A stretch of DNA of 62,068 nt, filler included, from Anaerolineae bacterium (GTDB lineage: Bacteria > Chloroflexota > Anaerolineae > Epilineales > Epilineaceae): the NCBI GenBank assembly GCA_029262755.1. It is 8 parts of 8 records of this genome, joined end to end, with 100 filler letters (N's around TTAATTAATTAA, not from the genome) between each part and the next. Parts side by side here need not be neighbours in the genome. Positions count along the whole stretch, not along the records: positions 1 to 9,556 come from JAJCYU010000289.1; positions 9,657 to 27,712 come from JAJCYU010000290.1; 6 more parts are not named here. One strand, given 5' to 3'. The translations under genes and the position numbers were made by a program. Shown here in pieces: positions 1 through 10,407 of the stretch. Below the pieces are notes generated by a model. The model was not told the DNA's origin and made no database searches. It was given only the letters and a program-made list of their open reading frames with translations. The first letter of the stretch is position 1; each line of letters opens with the position of its first letter.

Positions 1-216
1 GTCCTCGGCCGCCGCGATGGCCTCGTCGAGCGCCGAATCGGCAGCTTCGCTATCGGATCCGTTAAACAGGCCTTCGAAAAAGCCCGGCGTCTCGTCGACC
101 GGTTCATCCGAAGCGTTCCCATCGGTCATCCCGCAGCCCCCAATCACAAGGGCACAGCCAAGCGCAGCGATCGTCGACCGAGCGGTGATCCGCCCCGGAA
201 TGCGTGGTTCAGCCAT
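1..216 (-). CDS. Putative lipoprotein, N-terminal fragment (runs off window start)
   Basis: Minus-strand reading MAEPRIPGRITARSTIAALGCALVIGGCGMTDGNASDE...; AGGAG RBS upstream; hydrophobic stretch ending in lipobox-like IGG-C. Not in the ORF track. Confidence 0.6.
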   Translation of the reverse strand, partial: MAEPRIPGRITARSTIAALGCALVIGGCGMTDGNASDEPVDETPGFFEGLFNGSDSEAADSALDEAIAAAED

Positions 217-367
217 ACATCGCTCCTAGTGCGCGTCGGTTCGCAAGAGCGCGCCGGTGGGGCGGCTACGGCTATCGAACGTCTCTATTGCAATTGGGCG
301 GTGCCGGGCCCGGCACCCTCCCCCCCAGGGGGGTGATCGAAGATAGCATTCGTGCAGAGCGTGTGCA

Positions 368-1153
368 ATGGTTGCGGCCATGACAACGACCCTCATCTCC
401 TGGAACGTCAACGGCATCAGGGCCTGCGCCAAGAAGGGCTTCCTCGACTGGCTGCCCGGCTGCGGAGCCGACATCGTCTGCCTGCAAGAGACCCGCGCCG
501 CGCCCGAGCAGCTCGTGCCGGAACTGTGCGCGCCGGAGGGTTGGCACGCCACGTGGCACCTCGGGCAGCGCAAGGGCTACAGCGGCACGGCCATCCTGTC
601 TCGCGAGCGACCGCTGGCCGTGACCTACGGCGTCGGCGTCCCGAAGCTCGATACGGAGGGCCGCACGATGACGGCCCACTTCAAGGATCTGACGGTCGTC
701 AACTGCTACTTCCCCAACGGCGGCAACGACCACCGCCGCGTGCCCTTCAAGATGCACTTCTACGAGGCCTTCCTGGCCCACGTCGAGCGCCTGCGCGGCA
801 ACGGCCCGCCGGTCGTCTTCGGCGGCGACGTGAACACGGCGCACCACCCGATCGACCTGGCCCGCCCGAAGCAAAACACGGCGACCACCGGCTTCCTGCC
901 CGTGGAGCGCGCCTGGATGGACGAGCTCGTCGAAGCCGGCTGGATCGACACCTTCCGCCACGTCCACGGCGACGTCCCCGACCGCTACTCGTGGTGGACC
1001 ATGCGCAGCAACTGCCGCGCCCGAAACGTCGGCTGGCGCATCGACTATTGGTTCGCCGACCCCACGCTCGCCGAGCGCATCGAGGGCGCGGACATCCACC
1101 CCGACGTCTTCGGCAGCGACCATTGCCCGGTCTCGGTGACGATCGGGGCGTAG
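368..1153 (+). CDS. xth: Exodeoxyribonuclease III / AP endonuclease (EEP family)
   Basis: Motifs SWNVNGIRA, CLQETR, KGYSGTA, YFPNG, GDVNTAH, YSWW, GWRIDY, GSDHCPV. The start may instead be ATG 380. Confidence 0.95.
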   Translation: MVAAMTTTLISWNVNGIRACAKKGFLDWLPGCGADIVCLQETRAAPEQLVPELCAPEGWHATWHLGQRKGYSGTAILSRERPLAVTYGVGVPKLDTEGRTMTAHFKDLTVVNCYFPNGGNDHRRVPFKMHFYEAFLAHVERLRGNGPPVVFGGDVNTAHHPIDLARPKQNTATTGFLPVERAWMDELVEAGWIDTFRHVHGDVPDRYSWWTMRSNCRARNVGWRIDYWFADPTLAERIEGADIHPDVFGSDHCPVSVTIGA

Positions 1154-1544
1154 GCGCGGTGGCGGTGGGCGCGCTCGATGCGGTCGGCGAGCAGCATGGG
1201 CGTCGCGGTCTACTCTCATGCGACGTGATTCGCGACCTGATACGCGACGGTTTGGGCATCGCGAACGGCAACATGCCTGCGCTCTTCGCCAAGGGGGTCG
1301 GCCACGAGCGGGTGCAAGGTCGGACGGCTCGGAGAGATGCATTGCCGCGGAGATTCGCCACCCTCTCCCAGGCCGCTCCTCCCGTTCTAAGAAAACCATG
1401 CGCTCCCCGTTGTCTCTATCGAGCGCGCTCAAGGGCGCACGTCCACGATGTCTCGTTCGCGACGGCATCCGGAAGCCACACCGGCATGCGCCCTGCTCGA
1501 TGACCCGATGACGACGAGCCCGTGCGACGCGGGCGGAGGGAGAC

Positions 1545-2162
1545 ATGGTGACGAGCGGATCGGATCCAACCTGGATTGAAGGTGTCCTCGCGCGATGGGA
1601 ACGGCCGTTGGTGGCCTACGCGCTTCGGATCACCCGCGATCTGGAATCGGCGCGCGACGTGGTGCAGGAGACGTTTCTACGGCTCCTCCACCAGGACCGC
1701 GCCGACATAGCCGACCGCCTCGCCCCCTGGCTTTTCACCGTCTGCCGCCGCCTTGCGCTCGACGAATGGCGTAAGGAGCAACGAACGATGAAGACGAGCA
1801 CCGCGGTCCTCGAACCGCCCGCCCCAGCGCAGCCCGAACGGGCCGCCGAACACGGCGCGGCGCGGGCGGGCCTGATGGCCGAGATCGACCTCCTGCCCAA
1901 CCGACAGCAAGAGCTGCTACGCCTGCGCTTCGACGTAGGCCTCAGCTACCGCGAGATGGCCGATGTGACCGGCCTCTCCGTGTCCAACGTCGGCTACCTG
2001 CTGCACATGGCGCTTCGACGCCTCCGCGAGACGATGGGTGAAACCGAAACACCGACGACACCGCACACCAATCAGGACGCCCAGACGGACGTCCTCCAAC
2101 GCCCCTCGACGACACCCGACGCGTCCAACCCGGACGCACAGAACGAGGAGGTGAACCGATGA
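1545..2162 (+). CDS. ECF (sigma-70 group 4) RNA polymerase sigma factor
   Basis: Region 2 (ARDVVQETFLRL...WLFTVCRRLALD) and region 4 (LPNRQQELLRLRFDVGLSYREMADVTGLSVSNVGYLLHMALRRLR); GGAGGGAG RBS. Confidence 0.93.
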   Translation: MVTSGSDPTWIEGVLARWERPLVAYALRITRDLESARDVVQETFLRLLHQDRADIADRLAPWLFTVCRRLALDEWRKEQRTMKTSTAVLEPPAPAQPERAAEHGAARAGLMAEIDLLPNRQQELLRLRFDVGLSYREMADVTGLSVSNVGYLLHMALRRLRETMGETETPTTPHTNQDAQTDVLQRPSTTPDASNPDAQNEEVNR

Positions 2163-3970
2163 GCGGCACCCGCAACGATCGAAAAAACGACAAGACGAAC
2201 CCGAACCCGAACCCGAACCCGAACACGGACGCGGACCGCAATCCGCAAAGCACACCGGCGGATCCTCGTTCGGCCGACGCCACGCTCCACGGCTCGTCGG
2301 ACGATACACGTCGCGACGCGACGGACGCCACGCACCACGGCGAACCCGGCCGCGACCGCGACGCTGGTCGCAACCCCGACCGCGCCCCCAACGACGGCGC
2401 AATGCCCGCGCCGGGCACCCCGCTCGGCGCGCCGACGGACGACCCCCGCTGGACCGCGTGGGCGCTCGGCGCGGACGATGCGCTCACCGACGACGATCGC
2501 ACGGCGCTCGCCGCCGCCGTCGCGGCCGATCCGGAGGCTGCACGCGAGATCGACGCTCTCCACGACCTGGCCGCGGGACTCGCGACCGCGTACCACGCGG
2601 ATCGCGAGGCGACCGCCCCGAGCGCGGCGCTCGATCCCGCGCGACGGGACGCCCTGCTGGCTGCGACCGTGGCTCACCCGACGCTCCGTGCCCGCATCGC
2701 CGACCGCTTGCGCGCCCTGCGCGGCGCGCTCCTTCCGGCCCCCAACGGGGTCGCTGGACCGCGCGCCTACGCCAAGCTCGCCGCCGTCGCGCTGGCCTTC
2801 GTGCTCCTCGTCGTCCCGACCACGCGCTGGACGGCTGCGTGGGCGGGCTACCAGACGCGGGACCTTCGGTGGTCGATCCGAACTTGGTTCACGGGTGGTA
2901 GGGACACACAAGTTCTTGACGAGGTTTCGGATCGCTCTGACATCTCACTGTTGGACCCGGTGCCGGAGCCGCCTTCCCTCGGCGATTACCTGCGCTGGAA
3001 CACGGCGGATCCGCGAAGCCTCACGGCCTACGATCGTCTGAGCCCAGGCGAGTCCTCCGCCGCGGTCCAGCGGTTCTACAGCGACCCACGCGAAGCTCCC
3101 AACGTTCCGTCAGGTGGATCGGCGAACGTCTTCCTGCCCGAGTGGGACGAACACGAGTACCAGTACCAGCCTCCCGCTCCCGATTCGGTCGAAGGCGTGG
3201 ACGAGCACGAGCCCGACGCTCCCCTCCTGCCGGACGCGCAGCTGGCCGATCCAAGCCGGCGGATCGTGCTGAATGGGCGGATGCGGGCCACCGTGGCCGA
3301 GGTGGCGCAGGCCGGCGACGAGATCGTGGATTGGGTGACCCGGCGGGGCGGATTCCTGGAGTCGTCTCGCTTGAATCAGTCGAACGAGCATGGGGGTGCG
3401 ACGCTCGTCTTGCGCATCCCGCGCACGGAGTTCGAGGCGCTGCGCCGCCACGTGCACGATCGTGCGATCACGGTGTTGTTCGACGAAAGCGACCGGGTCG
3501 ATGCTACCGCCCGGCATGCCGATATGCGGGAGCGCCTGGTGAGCCTGCGCGCCGCCGAAGCGGAGCTGCGCGAGCTCATGACGGTCCAGCAGGAGGCCGG
3601 GAAGGACACCGAGGACGTGCTGGCCATCTTCAATCTCATGACCGAGTACCGGGAGCAGATCGAGGGTCTCGAGGGTCAACTGTCCACCCTGCAAGAGCAG
3701 GCCACGCTCTCTACGCTCACGGTCGATCTGGAGACGGAGCGCGTGCAGCCCACGGAAGAGGCCACGAGCCCTAGCGACCGTATCGGCGCGACCGTCCAGG
3801 CCGCGCGCGTCGACCTGTTGAACGGAATGGAGTTCGGGTTGCGCGTCCTGCTCTACGTCGCAATCGCCCTGCTTCCACCGGCGTTGCTCCTGCTGGCCAC
3901 GCTTTGGCTCTGGATGCGGGCCATCCACTGGATCGCCGCACGCCGGCCCCTTCGCCGCCCCGCGGCGTAA
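2159..3970 (+). CDS. Putative anti-sigma factor: N-terminal anti-sigma-like domain, TM helix, DUF4349-like domain, C-terminal TM
   Basis: ATGA overlap with sigma gene and GAGGAGG RBS; DDPRWTAWALG anti-sigma-like segment; TM AKLAAVALAFVLLVV; RRIVLNGRMRATV...GGFLESS...LVLRIP...coiled coil...STLTVDL typical of DUF4349. Confidence 0.75.
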   Translation: MSGTRNDRKNDKTNPNPNPNPNTDADRNPQSTPADPRSADATLHGSSDDTRRDATDATHHGEPGRDRDAGRNPDRAPNDGAMPAPGTPLGAPTDDPRWTAWALGADDALTDDDRTALAAAVAADPEAAREIDALHDLAAGLATAYHADREATAPSAALDPARRDALLAATVAHPTLRARIADRLRALRGALLPAPNGVAGPRAYAKLAAVALAFVLLVVPTTRWTAAWAGYQTRDLRWSIRTWFTGGRDTQVLDEVSDRSDISLLDPVPEPPSLGDYLRWNTADPRSLTAYDRLSPGESSAAVQRFYSDPREAPNVPSGGSANVFLPEWDEHEYQYQPPAPDSVEGVDEHEPDAPLLPDAQLADPSRRIVLNGRMRATVAEVAQAGDEIVDWVTRRGGFLESSRLNQSNEHGGATLVLRIPRTEFEALRRHVHDRAITVLFDESDRVDATARHADMRERLVSLRAAEAELRELMTVQQEAGKDTEDVLAIFNLMTEYREQIEGLEGQLSTLQEQATLSTLTVDLETERVQPTEEATSPSDRIGATVQAARVDLLNGMEFGLRVLLYVAIALLPPALLLLATLWLWMRAIHWIAARRPLRRPAA

Positions 3971-4038
3971 CTCATTCCCCGTTCCAGGCACCGTCGAAGT
4001 CGAAGTCGAAGTCGACGCCCACGCCCACACCAAACGCC

Positions 4039-4083
4039 GAGAGCGCCGGCCCTTCCGAGTCTCCTCGGGGGGCCGGCGCTCTC
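4039..4083. terminator. GC-rich hairpin between convergent genes
   Basis: GAGAGCGCCGGCCCTTCCGAG-tctc-CTCGGGGGGCCGGCGCTCTC. Confidence 0.65.
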
Positions 4084-4158
4084 TCATGGGAGTCTGCCAT
4101 CGGGCCGCTGGGGATCGGGGGAGCCGACTACGCTCCGCCGCGACCTCGCACGTGCGAT

Positions 4159-4659
4159 TCAGCGATTACCCGCGATGTAGTCTTCGAGGTGGTGAATCAT
4201 TACTTCTTGCTCGTCCATCTTGGCCTTGACCACGTCGCCGATGGACACCACGCCCACGACGCGTCCCAAGCCGAGGTGGCTTGCGCCTGCCCCGGCCCCG
4301 GTATCGCCCGCGCTCGCTCCGTCCTCGACGGCTGCCTCGAGTACGGGGAGGTGGCGGATGCGTCGATCGGTCATCAGGCGCAGACATTCGTCGACGGTGG
4401 TCTTGGGGGTTACGAACTGGACGCGGTCGGTCATGATCTCGTGCACGCGGGTGTCGCGTGAAGACTTGCCCTCGAGGATGACCTTGCGCGCGTAATCACG
4501 CTCGGAGAGGATGCCGACCAGCGTGTCGCCCTCCAGCACGAGCAGGGCGCCGACGTTGCGGTCGGCCATCTCGCGTAGAGCATCGATTACGGGTGCGTCG
4601 GGCGTGATTGCGAAGATCGCACTGCCCTTGCCGCCTAAAAGCGTACCGACGGTAGCCAT
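4159..4659 (-). CDS. CBS domain-containing protein (Bateman module)
   Basis: MADRNVGALLVLEGDTLVGILSERDYARKV and RIRHLPV...VVGVVSIGDVVKA; GAGGT RBS. Confidence 0.92.
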   Translation of the reverse strand: MATVGTLLGGKGSAIFAITPDAPVIDALREMADRNVGALLVLEGDTLVGILSERDYARKVILEGKSSRDTRVHEIMTDRVQFVTPKTTVDECLRLMTDRRIRHLPVLEAAVEDGASAGDTGAGAGASHLGLGRVVGVVSIGDVVKAKMDEQEVMIHHLEDYIAGNR

Positions 4660-4764
4660 GGCACCTCACCTTGCGCTGGGAATCGGCGAGCGGGGAACAG
4701 AAGCGCGCGGCGGAGAGGGGGCGTCGGGGCGGCCGAGCGCCCCCTCTCGATACGCGCCGTCATC

Positions 4765-7700
4765 TTACTTCCGCTGCTGCGCGAAGGGCAGGTAGAGGAA
4801 GACCTCTTCCTCGGCGCCGATGCGGCTGCCGATGGAGGTCCAAGGCGAATCGGCCTCTTCGCTCGTCGCCCGCACACGGTAGTGCCAATGGCCTTCGTCG
4901 AGGTAGGCGGTGTCGACGAAGAAGCGAGCGTTCTGCGGCACGCGTCCGATCACGGCCCAATGGTCCGTGCCCGGCGCGCGACGTTCGACGATGAAGCCGT
5001 CCTCGTTACGCTCCCGGTCGGTCCAGCGCAGGATCACGCGCTCGCGGTCGGCATCGATGCGCAGCTGGTTGGGGGCGATCAGGGCGAGGTTCAGCGTCTC
5101 GCCCGACCCCTGCAACGCGGAGGAGGAACGGCTGCCGCCGACGGCCACGACGCGGTATGTATAGCTCGTGCGCTGCTGCCGTCCGCCGTCGAGGTACTCG
5201 CGTACATCGGCGCCGACGAAGGCGATCTGGGTGAAGGGCCCCGTGCTGTTTTCGGAGCGGCTGATGCGGAAGCCGACGAGCTGGCTCGGGTTGCCGGGAT
5301 ATTCCCACGACAGCGAGAGCGCGTCGGAGGAGACGGCCTCGACCTCGAGGCCGGTGGGCGTGAGGGCGCTGTCGTTGGTTACGGTGGCCCAGGCGGAGCG
5401 CGACCACTCTGAGCTGAGGTTGGATTCCTGGGCGAGACGCGCCGAAGAGCCGGACAGGCCGTCGAAGCTCTCGGCGTCCGCGCGGCCCAAGGCGAGCACG
5501 CGTGCGTAGAACGGCTCGCCGGCGTCGGCGGGCAGATCCGTCGCGAGCATGCTGGTCTCGCCTGCGCCGGTGATGCCGGCCTCCTGGCAATCGTGCATGG
5601 TGTCGCACAATTCGACGCGGAAGCCGATCTCGCCGGTGCTCGTGTCGCGCCAGCGGATCGTGGCGGTGCCCCCGGCGGTCGTCACGGCGACCTCGTTGGG
5701 CGCGGCCAACCAACCCGATTCACGCAGCGCCACGATGGCGCCGTCCGCGCGGGTGACGTAGATCGTACGGTCCGCGCCGAGGACCGGCGCGGAGCGGCTG
5801 TCGGTGCTGCCGCCGAGATGGCGCGTCCAGGCCGCCTCGCCTTCGGCAAGCATCAGGGCGTGTAGGCGCTGACCGGCGACCACGTACAGCTGGCCGCTGT
5901 CGACGGCCGGAGCCGCTGCGACGCCGGTGTCCAGCTCGACGCGCCACAGCTCCGTGCCCGTTTCGGCCGCAAGCGCCAGCACCGTGCCGCGCTCGTTGGC
6001 GACGAATACCTGGCCACCGGGACTGACGGCGGGACGGGCGCGAATCGCGCCGCCCGTGCTCACCTGCCACGGCACGCCGGGCTCGCCGTCGCGGAAGGGG
6101 AAGGCGTAGAGCCGACCGTTGTCCGAGCCGACGTAGATGGTGCCCTCGGCGCTGACGGCGGCCGCGGTGAGGCGACCGAGGTTGCGTCCGCCGATGTCGC
6201 CGGTGATGACCTCGCCCGTGCGATCGCGTTCCCACGTGGCGAGCGTGCCGGCCGATGTGGGCCATGCCACGCGGCCATCGGGCAGGAACACGGCCGGGCC
6301 GATGGCCTCGCCGCCGGGCAGCAAGCCCGCAGCGCCGTCGCCCGTGACGCGCACCATGCCGGCGCGCGTGGGCACCCAGACGGCCCCCTCGCCGTCGACG
6401 CGCGGAGAGCCGTTCGCGCCCGAGCCGCCGGGCAACGCCGTCACGCCGCGCGGCGCGAGGTTGCGGTCGAAGGAGTGCAGCAGGCTGCCCTGCACGATGT
6501 AGACGCCGTCCGCTGCGATAGCCGGCGCGAGGGAAACCGCGCCCGTCGCTCCGGCCGGCGAAACCTGACCGATCACGCTGCCGCCGCTGCTGATGCGCAG
6601 CAGGCGGCCGGCGCCGCCGGCGTAGAGCACTCCGTCGCTGCCGATGGAGACCGGGGAAGACGGCACGAGCTCCGAGAGCGACCAGGCTTCCTCGGGAAGC
6701 GCGGGGCCGGAGCCCGGTGCGCTGCCCGTGGCGCGCCAGTCGCCGCCGTCCTGCGCCCACGCGCCGTCGCTGTCGGCCGGGTTGCCCCAATAGGACATGG
6801 CAGGATCGCCGTAGAGCGTGGGGCCGTAGCTACGCATGTCGAAGGGATTGCTGCGCGCCAAGGCCGATGCCGCGCGCCAGTGGGCATCGCCCAAGCGAAG
6901 CGAGCTGTTGAGCAAGAAGCTGTTGAACGCGGCCTGGTACCCGTCCTGGTCACCGGGCTTGAGTGCGCTCATCGAGCCCAGCCAGGCGGCAACCGCGCCG
7001 CGGCCGGCTAGATCGCTCGCGATGGAGCGCGGGCCCATCTTCAGGCCGATGACGTCACCGTCTTCGTCCCGTCCGTCAAAGTTCCAGGCAACGTTGCCCG
7101 TAAGGCCGCTGTTGGCGACCACGATGGGCGGCAGACCGGTCGTCCAGTCCAGGTCGTTGCCTGCGAAGCGCTCCGAGACGATCTCCCAGCACGGCGAGCC
7201 GATCTGCTCGAGCGGCGCGATGCGCTGCTCGTTGCAGAAATTCGGTCGGGCGGGCTGATCGATCTGGCGGTTGCGGTCCCAGTCGTAGAGCCAGTGGCCG
7301 GTATAGACGCCGTCCGGTGCGCCGGGTCCGGCAAGGTTCACCAGACCGTAGCGGCCGTCCACCCAACGTCCGGAGAACTCAGGACCCGTCAAGGAGCCGT
7401 CCGGCTGGGCGAGGGATGGCCGTAGCGACACGTCGCCGTTGGGGCTGGCGGTCTCGTAGAGCCGCGTCACCTGGTCCATCGGGAGCGAGAGCAAGAGGCG
7501 CAGCGAGCTGTCCAGCGCAGCGGCCGTGTCATGGCCGAAGGCCTTCTCGCCGTCCCACGGTAGGCCCACCCACGGTTGGGAGCGCGTCGTGCCGCCGGAC
7601 GCGAACTCCGCGTCCTCCGGCACCCAGCTGCGGCCTTCGAAGGTCCAGAAGCCACCGGCCACGAGGGCTCGTCGCTTGTCGTCCGATCCGCTCTGCTCGA

Positions 7701-9556
7701 AGGCGACCGCGGCCTGCAGGGCGCGTCGCACCTCGCCGGGTTCCGAGAGGGCGATGCGGCCGACCGATACATCGGGTACGAAGTCGTCTTCCGTACCGCG
7801 CAGGGTGCCGAAGGGCCCCTCACGCGACAGGCTGCCCGGCTCCGGGCAGTCCACGCGGCCTTCTTCCGGATCCGAGTAGGTCTCGCCTGGGCGGCAGCGC
7901 ATGAACTCGCCGTGGAAGCCGTCGCCGTCCGCATCCCAACCGGAATCCAGATCCGCGTAGTACCAGTCCGTCGGCCATGCAGGATAGTAGTCCGGCTCAC
8001 CCGGCTGCCGGTGGTCGTTGTCGAGCCAACCGATATCGCGCACTGGAATCCGGTCCGAGCGACCCACGAGCAACGCATACACCGGCGCCGGCTCGACGGC
8101 CTCCCAATAGTCTTCGATCCACAGATGCACGCGCTCGCCAAGGTCGCGGCCTCGGCCGGTGCGCGAAAGCTCCGTGGTGTTGATCGTGCGTACGGTGAAG
8201 CCCTGAGCACGCTTAGCCTCCAGCAACGGCCACAGGTCGGTCTCGCGTACGGGCTCTGCATAGACGATCAAGTAGTGTGCGCCCAAGGTCTGGCGCGCGG
8301 GCGGGCCCACGCGGTCGACGAAGCGCGCTCCGCGGAAGTCGCGATCGATCTCGTCCGGATCCTCGCCAAGGTCGAAGACGAGCACGTCCGGAGACGTGGC
8401 CTCGGCCTCGGGCGCGTTGCCGGCGTCCGCCTCGACGGAACTCGCACCGCGCGGGTCGATCTCGCGCACGACGAAGCGTTCCGGTGAGTAGCCTTGATAA
8501 TCGAGAGTCCACGCGCCGCCGGCATCCGTGCGGTCTTCGTCGACCAACGAGAGGCGATCATCGTCGACCAGGAACAGCTGTACGCGCGCGCCGCCCAGGC
8601 CTTCGGCTCGGGTTGCGCCCTCCGCATCGGGATCCGCTGCGCGCTCGACGCGGCCGCTGAAGGTGAAGCGCGGCGCGAGACCGGGCTCCGTAGCCAGCGA
8701 GACCGGCGCCCACGTGCTCGGATTGCGTTCCTGCGCGCCGACCGGCCACCACTCGTCACCGCCGTCGCTGCGGCGGGTCGATACGGTCACGGCCAGACCG
8801 AGGTCCACCGGATCATCGGGGTCGATCGTGCGCTCGAGCAGGGAGCGGCTGATGCGGAACTCCGCGCTCCAGCGGTCATCGAGCTGCGAGCGTTCCACGT
8901 CCCACATGCCGTCGGTCAGATCGACGTCGCGCCAGCCACCACGCCCGTCCGGCTCTTCGACGTCTTCGGTTCCGCGCAGGTTGACGGTGAAGCGGTAGTC
9001 GCCGGTGCGGACGTCTTCGTCCCGGCTCGCGTTGCGGTCGAGATAGACCCCAGCGAAGCCGGTCTGGCCCGAGGGGCGGTCCAGATCCGCGACACAAGCG
9101 TAGATGTCACCGGCCGTGATCTGCAGGTACACGCGCGGTGCGTCGGCGCTGTCCACCGCCACGCGCTCCGCGCTGCCGTACTCGTTGGCCTCGCAGCGTC
9201 CGTCCATCGTGACGGCCGATTCGGTCAAAGGCAGCGTCACGTCATGCGGCAGCACGCCGTCGAAGGTGAAGCTTGCGCCGGCCGCTGCGCGGCCGTTATG
9301 GCCGCCGATCAGGTCGTCGGCGTTGCCGTTGAGCGGCCACTGCGCCACGAGGCCTTGCTCCGCCCCGAGCGTCTCGTAGCGGGCTTCGTCGATCTGGGCG
9401 GCCGATCGTGCAACGCGCCAGAGGCGCGCGTGGTCGATCTTGCCGCTGAAGGGCATGCCGGGCTCGACGTCGGCGCCGATCACGAGTTCCTTCCGGCCGT
9501 CGGTCAGCGGTACGACGTTGTCGCGCGACGTTCCGTCGAGCTTGCCGTCGACGTAG
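4765..9556 (-). CDS. Large exported multidomain protein, 5' truncated: LamG-like, DOMON/CBM9-like, C25 (gingipain)-like, PQQ-type beta-propeller, FN3 repeats, C-terminal YLP motif
   Basis: FSGKIDHARLW (LamG); YLIVY...KRAQGF...YALLVG...PTDWYYADLD...VSVGRI...LYGDPA (C25 fold); WQVSTGGAIRARPAV repeats; LRWTDRERNEDGFIVER (FN3); ends FLYLPFAQQRK. The frame is open up to the linker. Confidence 0.8.
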
Positions 9557-9656
9557 NNNNNNNNNNNNNNNNNNNNNNNNNNNNNNNNNNNNNNNNNNNN
9601 TTAATTAATTAANNNNNNNNNNNNNNNNNNNNNNNNNNNNNNNNNNNNNNNNNNNN
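9557..9656. other. Artificial contig linker (first of 7)
   Basis: N run + TTAATTAATTAA (stops in all six frames) + N run; repeated at 27713, 38066, 42513, 49847, 56206 and 59294. Confidence 0.99.
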
Positions 9657-10160
9657 CAGCCGGTGGTGGGCGTGAGCTGGTACGAAGCGCTGGCCTATTG
9701 TTCCTGGCTCAGCGCGCAATGCGGGCGCAGCATGCGGTTGCCTTCGGAGGTCGAGTGGGAGGCGGCGGCGCGCGGGACGGAAGGACGGCGCTACCCCGGC
9801 GGCACGACCTTCGGCCCGACATCCGACAACACGAGGGCCACGCACCTGCGGACGACATCGCCGGTCGGGGTGTTCCCCGGGGGCGCCACGCCGGAAGGCG
9901 TCTGCGATCTCGGCGGCAACGTCAGGAACTGGACCCGCAGCGTGTGGGGAGCGGATGCCGATCAGGAGCGCTATGCCTATCCCTACGATCCCACCGACGC
10001 CGGGCGAGAGGACCTCGATGCCGGTCGGGACCTCGCGCGGGTGGTGCGCGGTGGATCCTGGCGCGGCGACCTCCGCGGCTCTCACCCCGCCTTTCGAACG
10101 GGACGGGACCCGGTGAATCGGTACCAGACGCTCGGCTTCCGTGTGATGGCGCGGACGTAG
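9657..10160 (+). CDS. FGE-sulfatase (SUMF1/EgtB/PvdO) domain protein, C-terminal fragment
   Basis: PVVGVSWYEALAYCSWL, RLPSEVEWEAAARG, DLGGNVRNW, RVVRGGSW, LGFRV. Confidence 0.9.
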   Translation, partial: QPVVGVSWYEALAYCSWLSAQCGRSMRLPSEVEWEAAARGTEGRRYPGGTTFGPTSDNTRATHLRTTSPVGVFPGGATPEGVCDLGGNVRNWTRSVWGADADQERYAYPYDPTDAGREDLDAGRDLARVVRGGSWRGDLRGSHPAFRTGRDPVNRYQTLGFRVMART

Positions 10161-10407
10161 CGCGCTTCCTACCATCCCGGCACCCAATCGGCCACGCTCC
10201 GCGCTTTCCGCGGCGACGCCCGCTCCGACCAGGCTTTCGCCGACCGTCTCGCGGCGAGCCCAGGCCGGAAGGATCCCTCCGGAATCGTAAGAATCGTGCC
10301 GAGATCGACATCCGAAACGATGCCGGCCCGCTCGTTGACCCTGGGTCGTCACGTGCGGTTGTGCGGCACCTCCCTTGAATGATTTGAATCAATTGGAGCC
10401 CTTTTTG

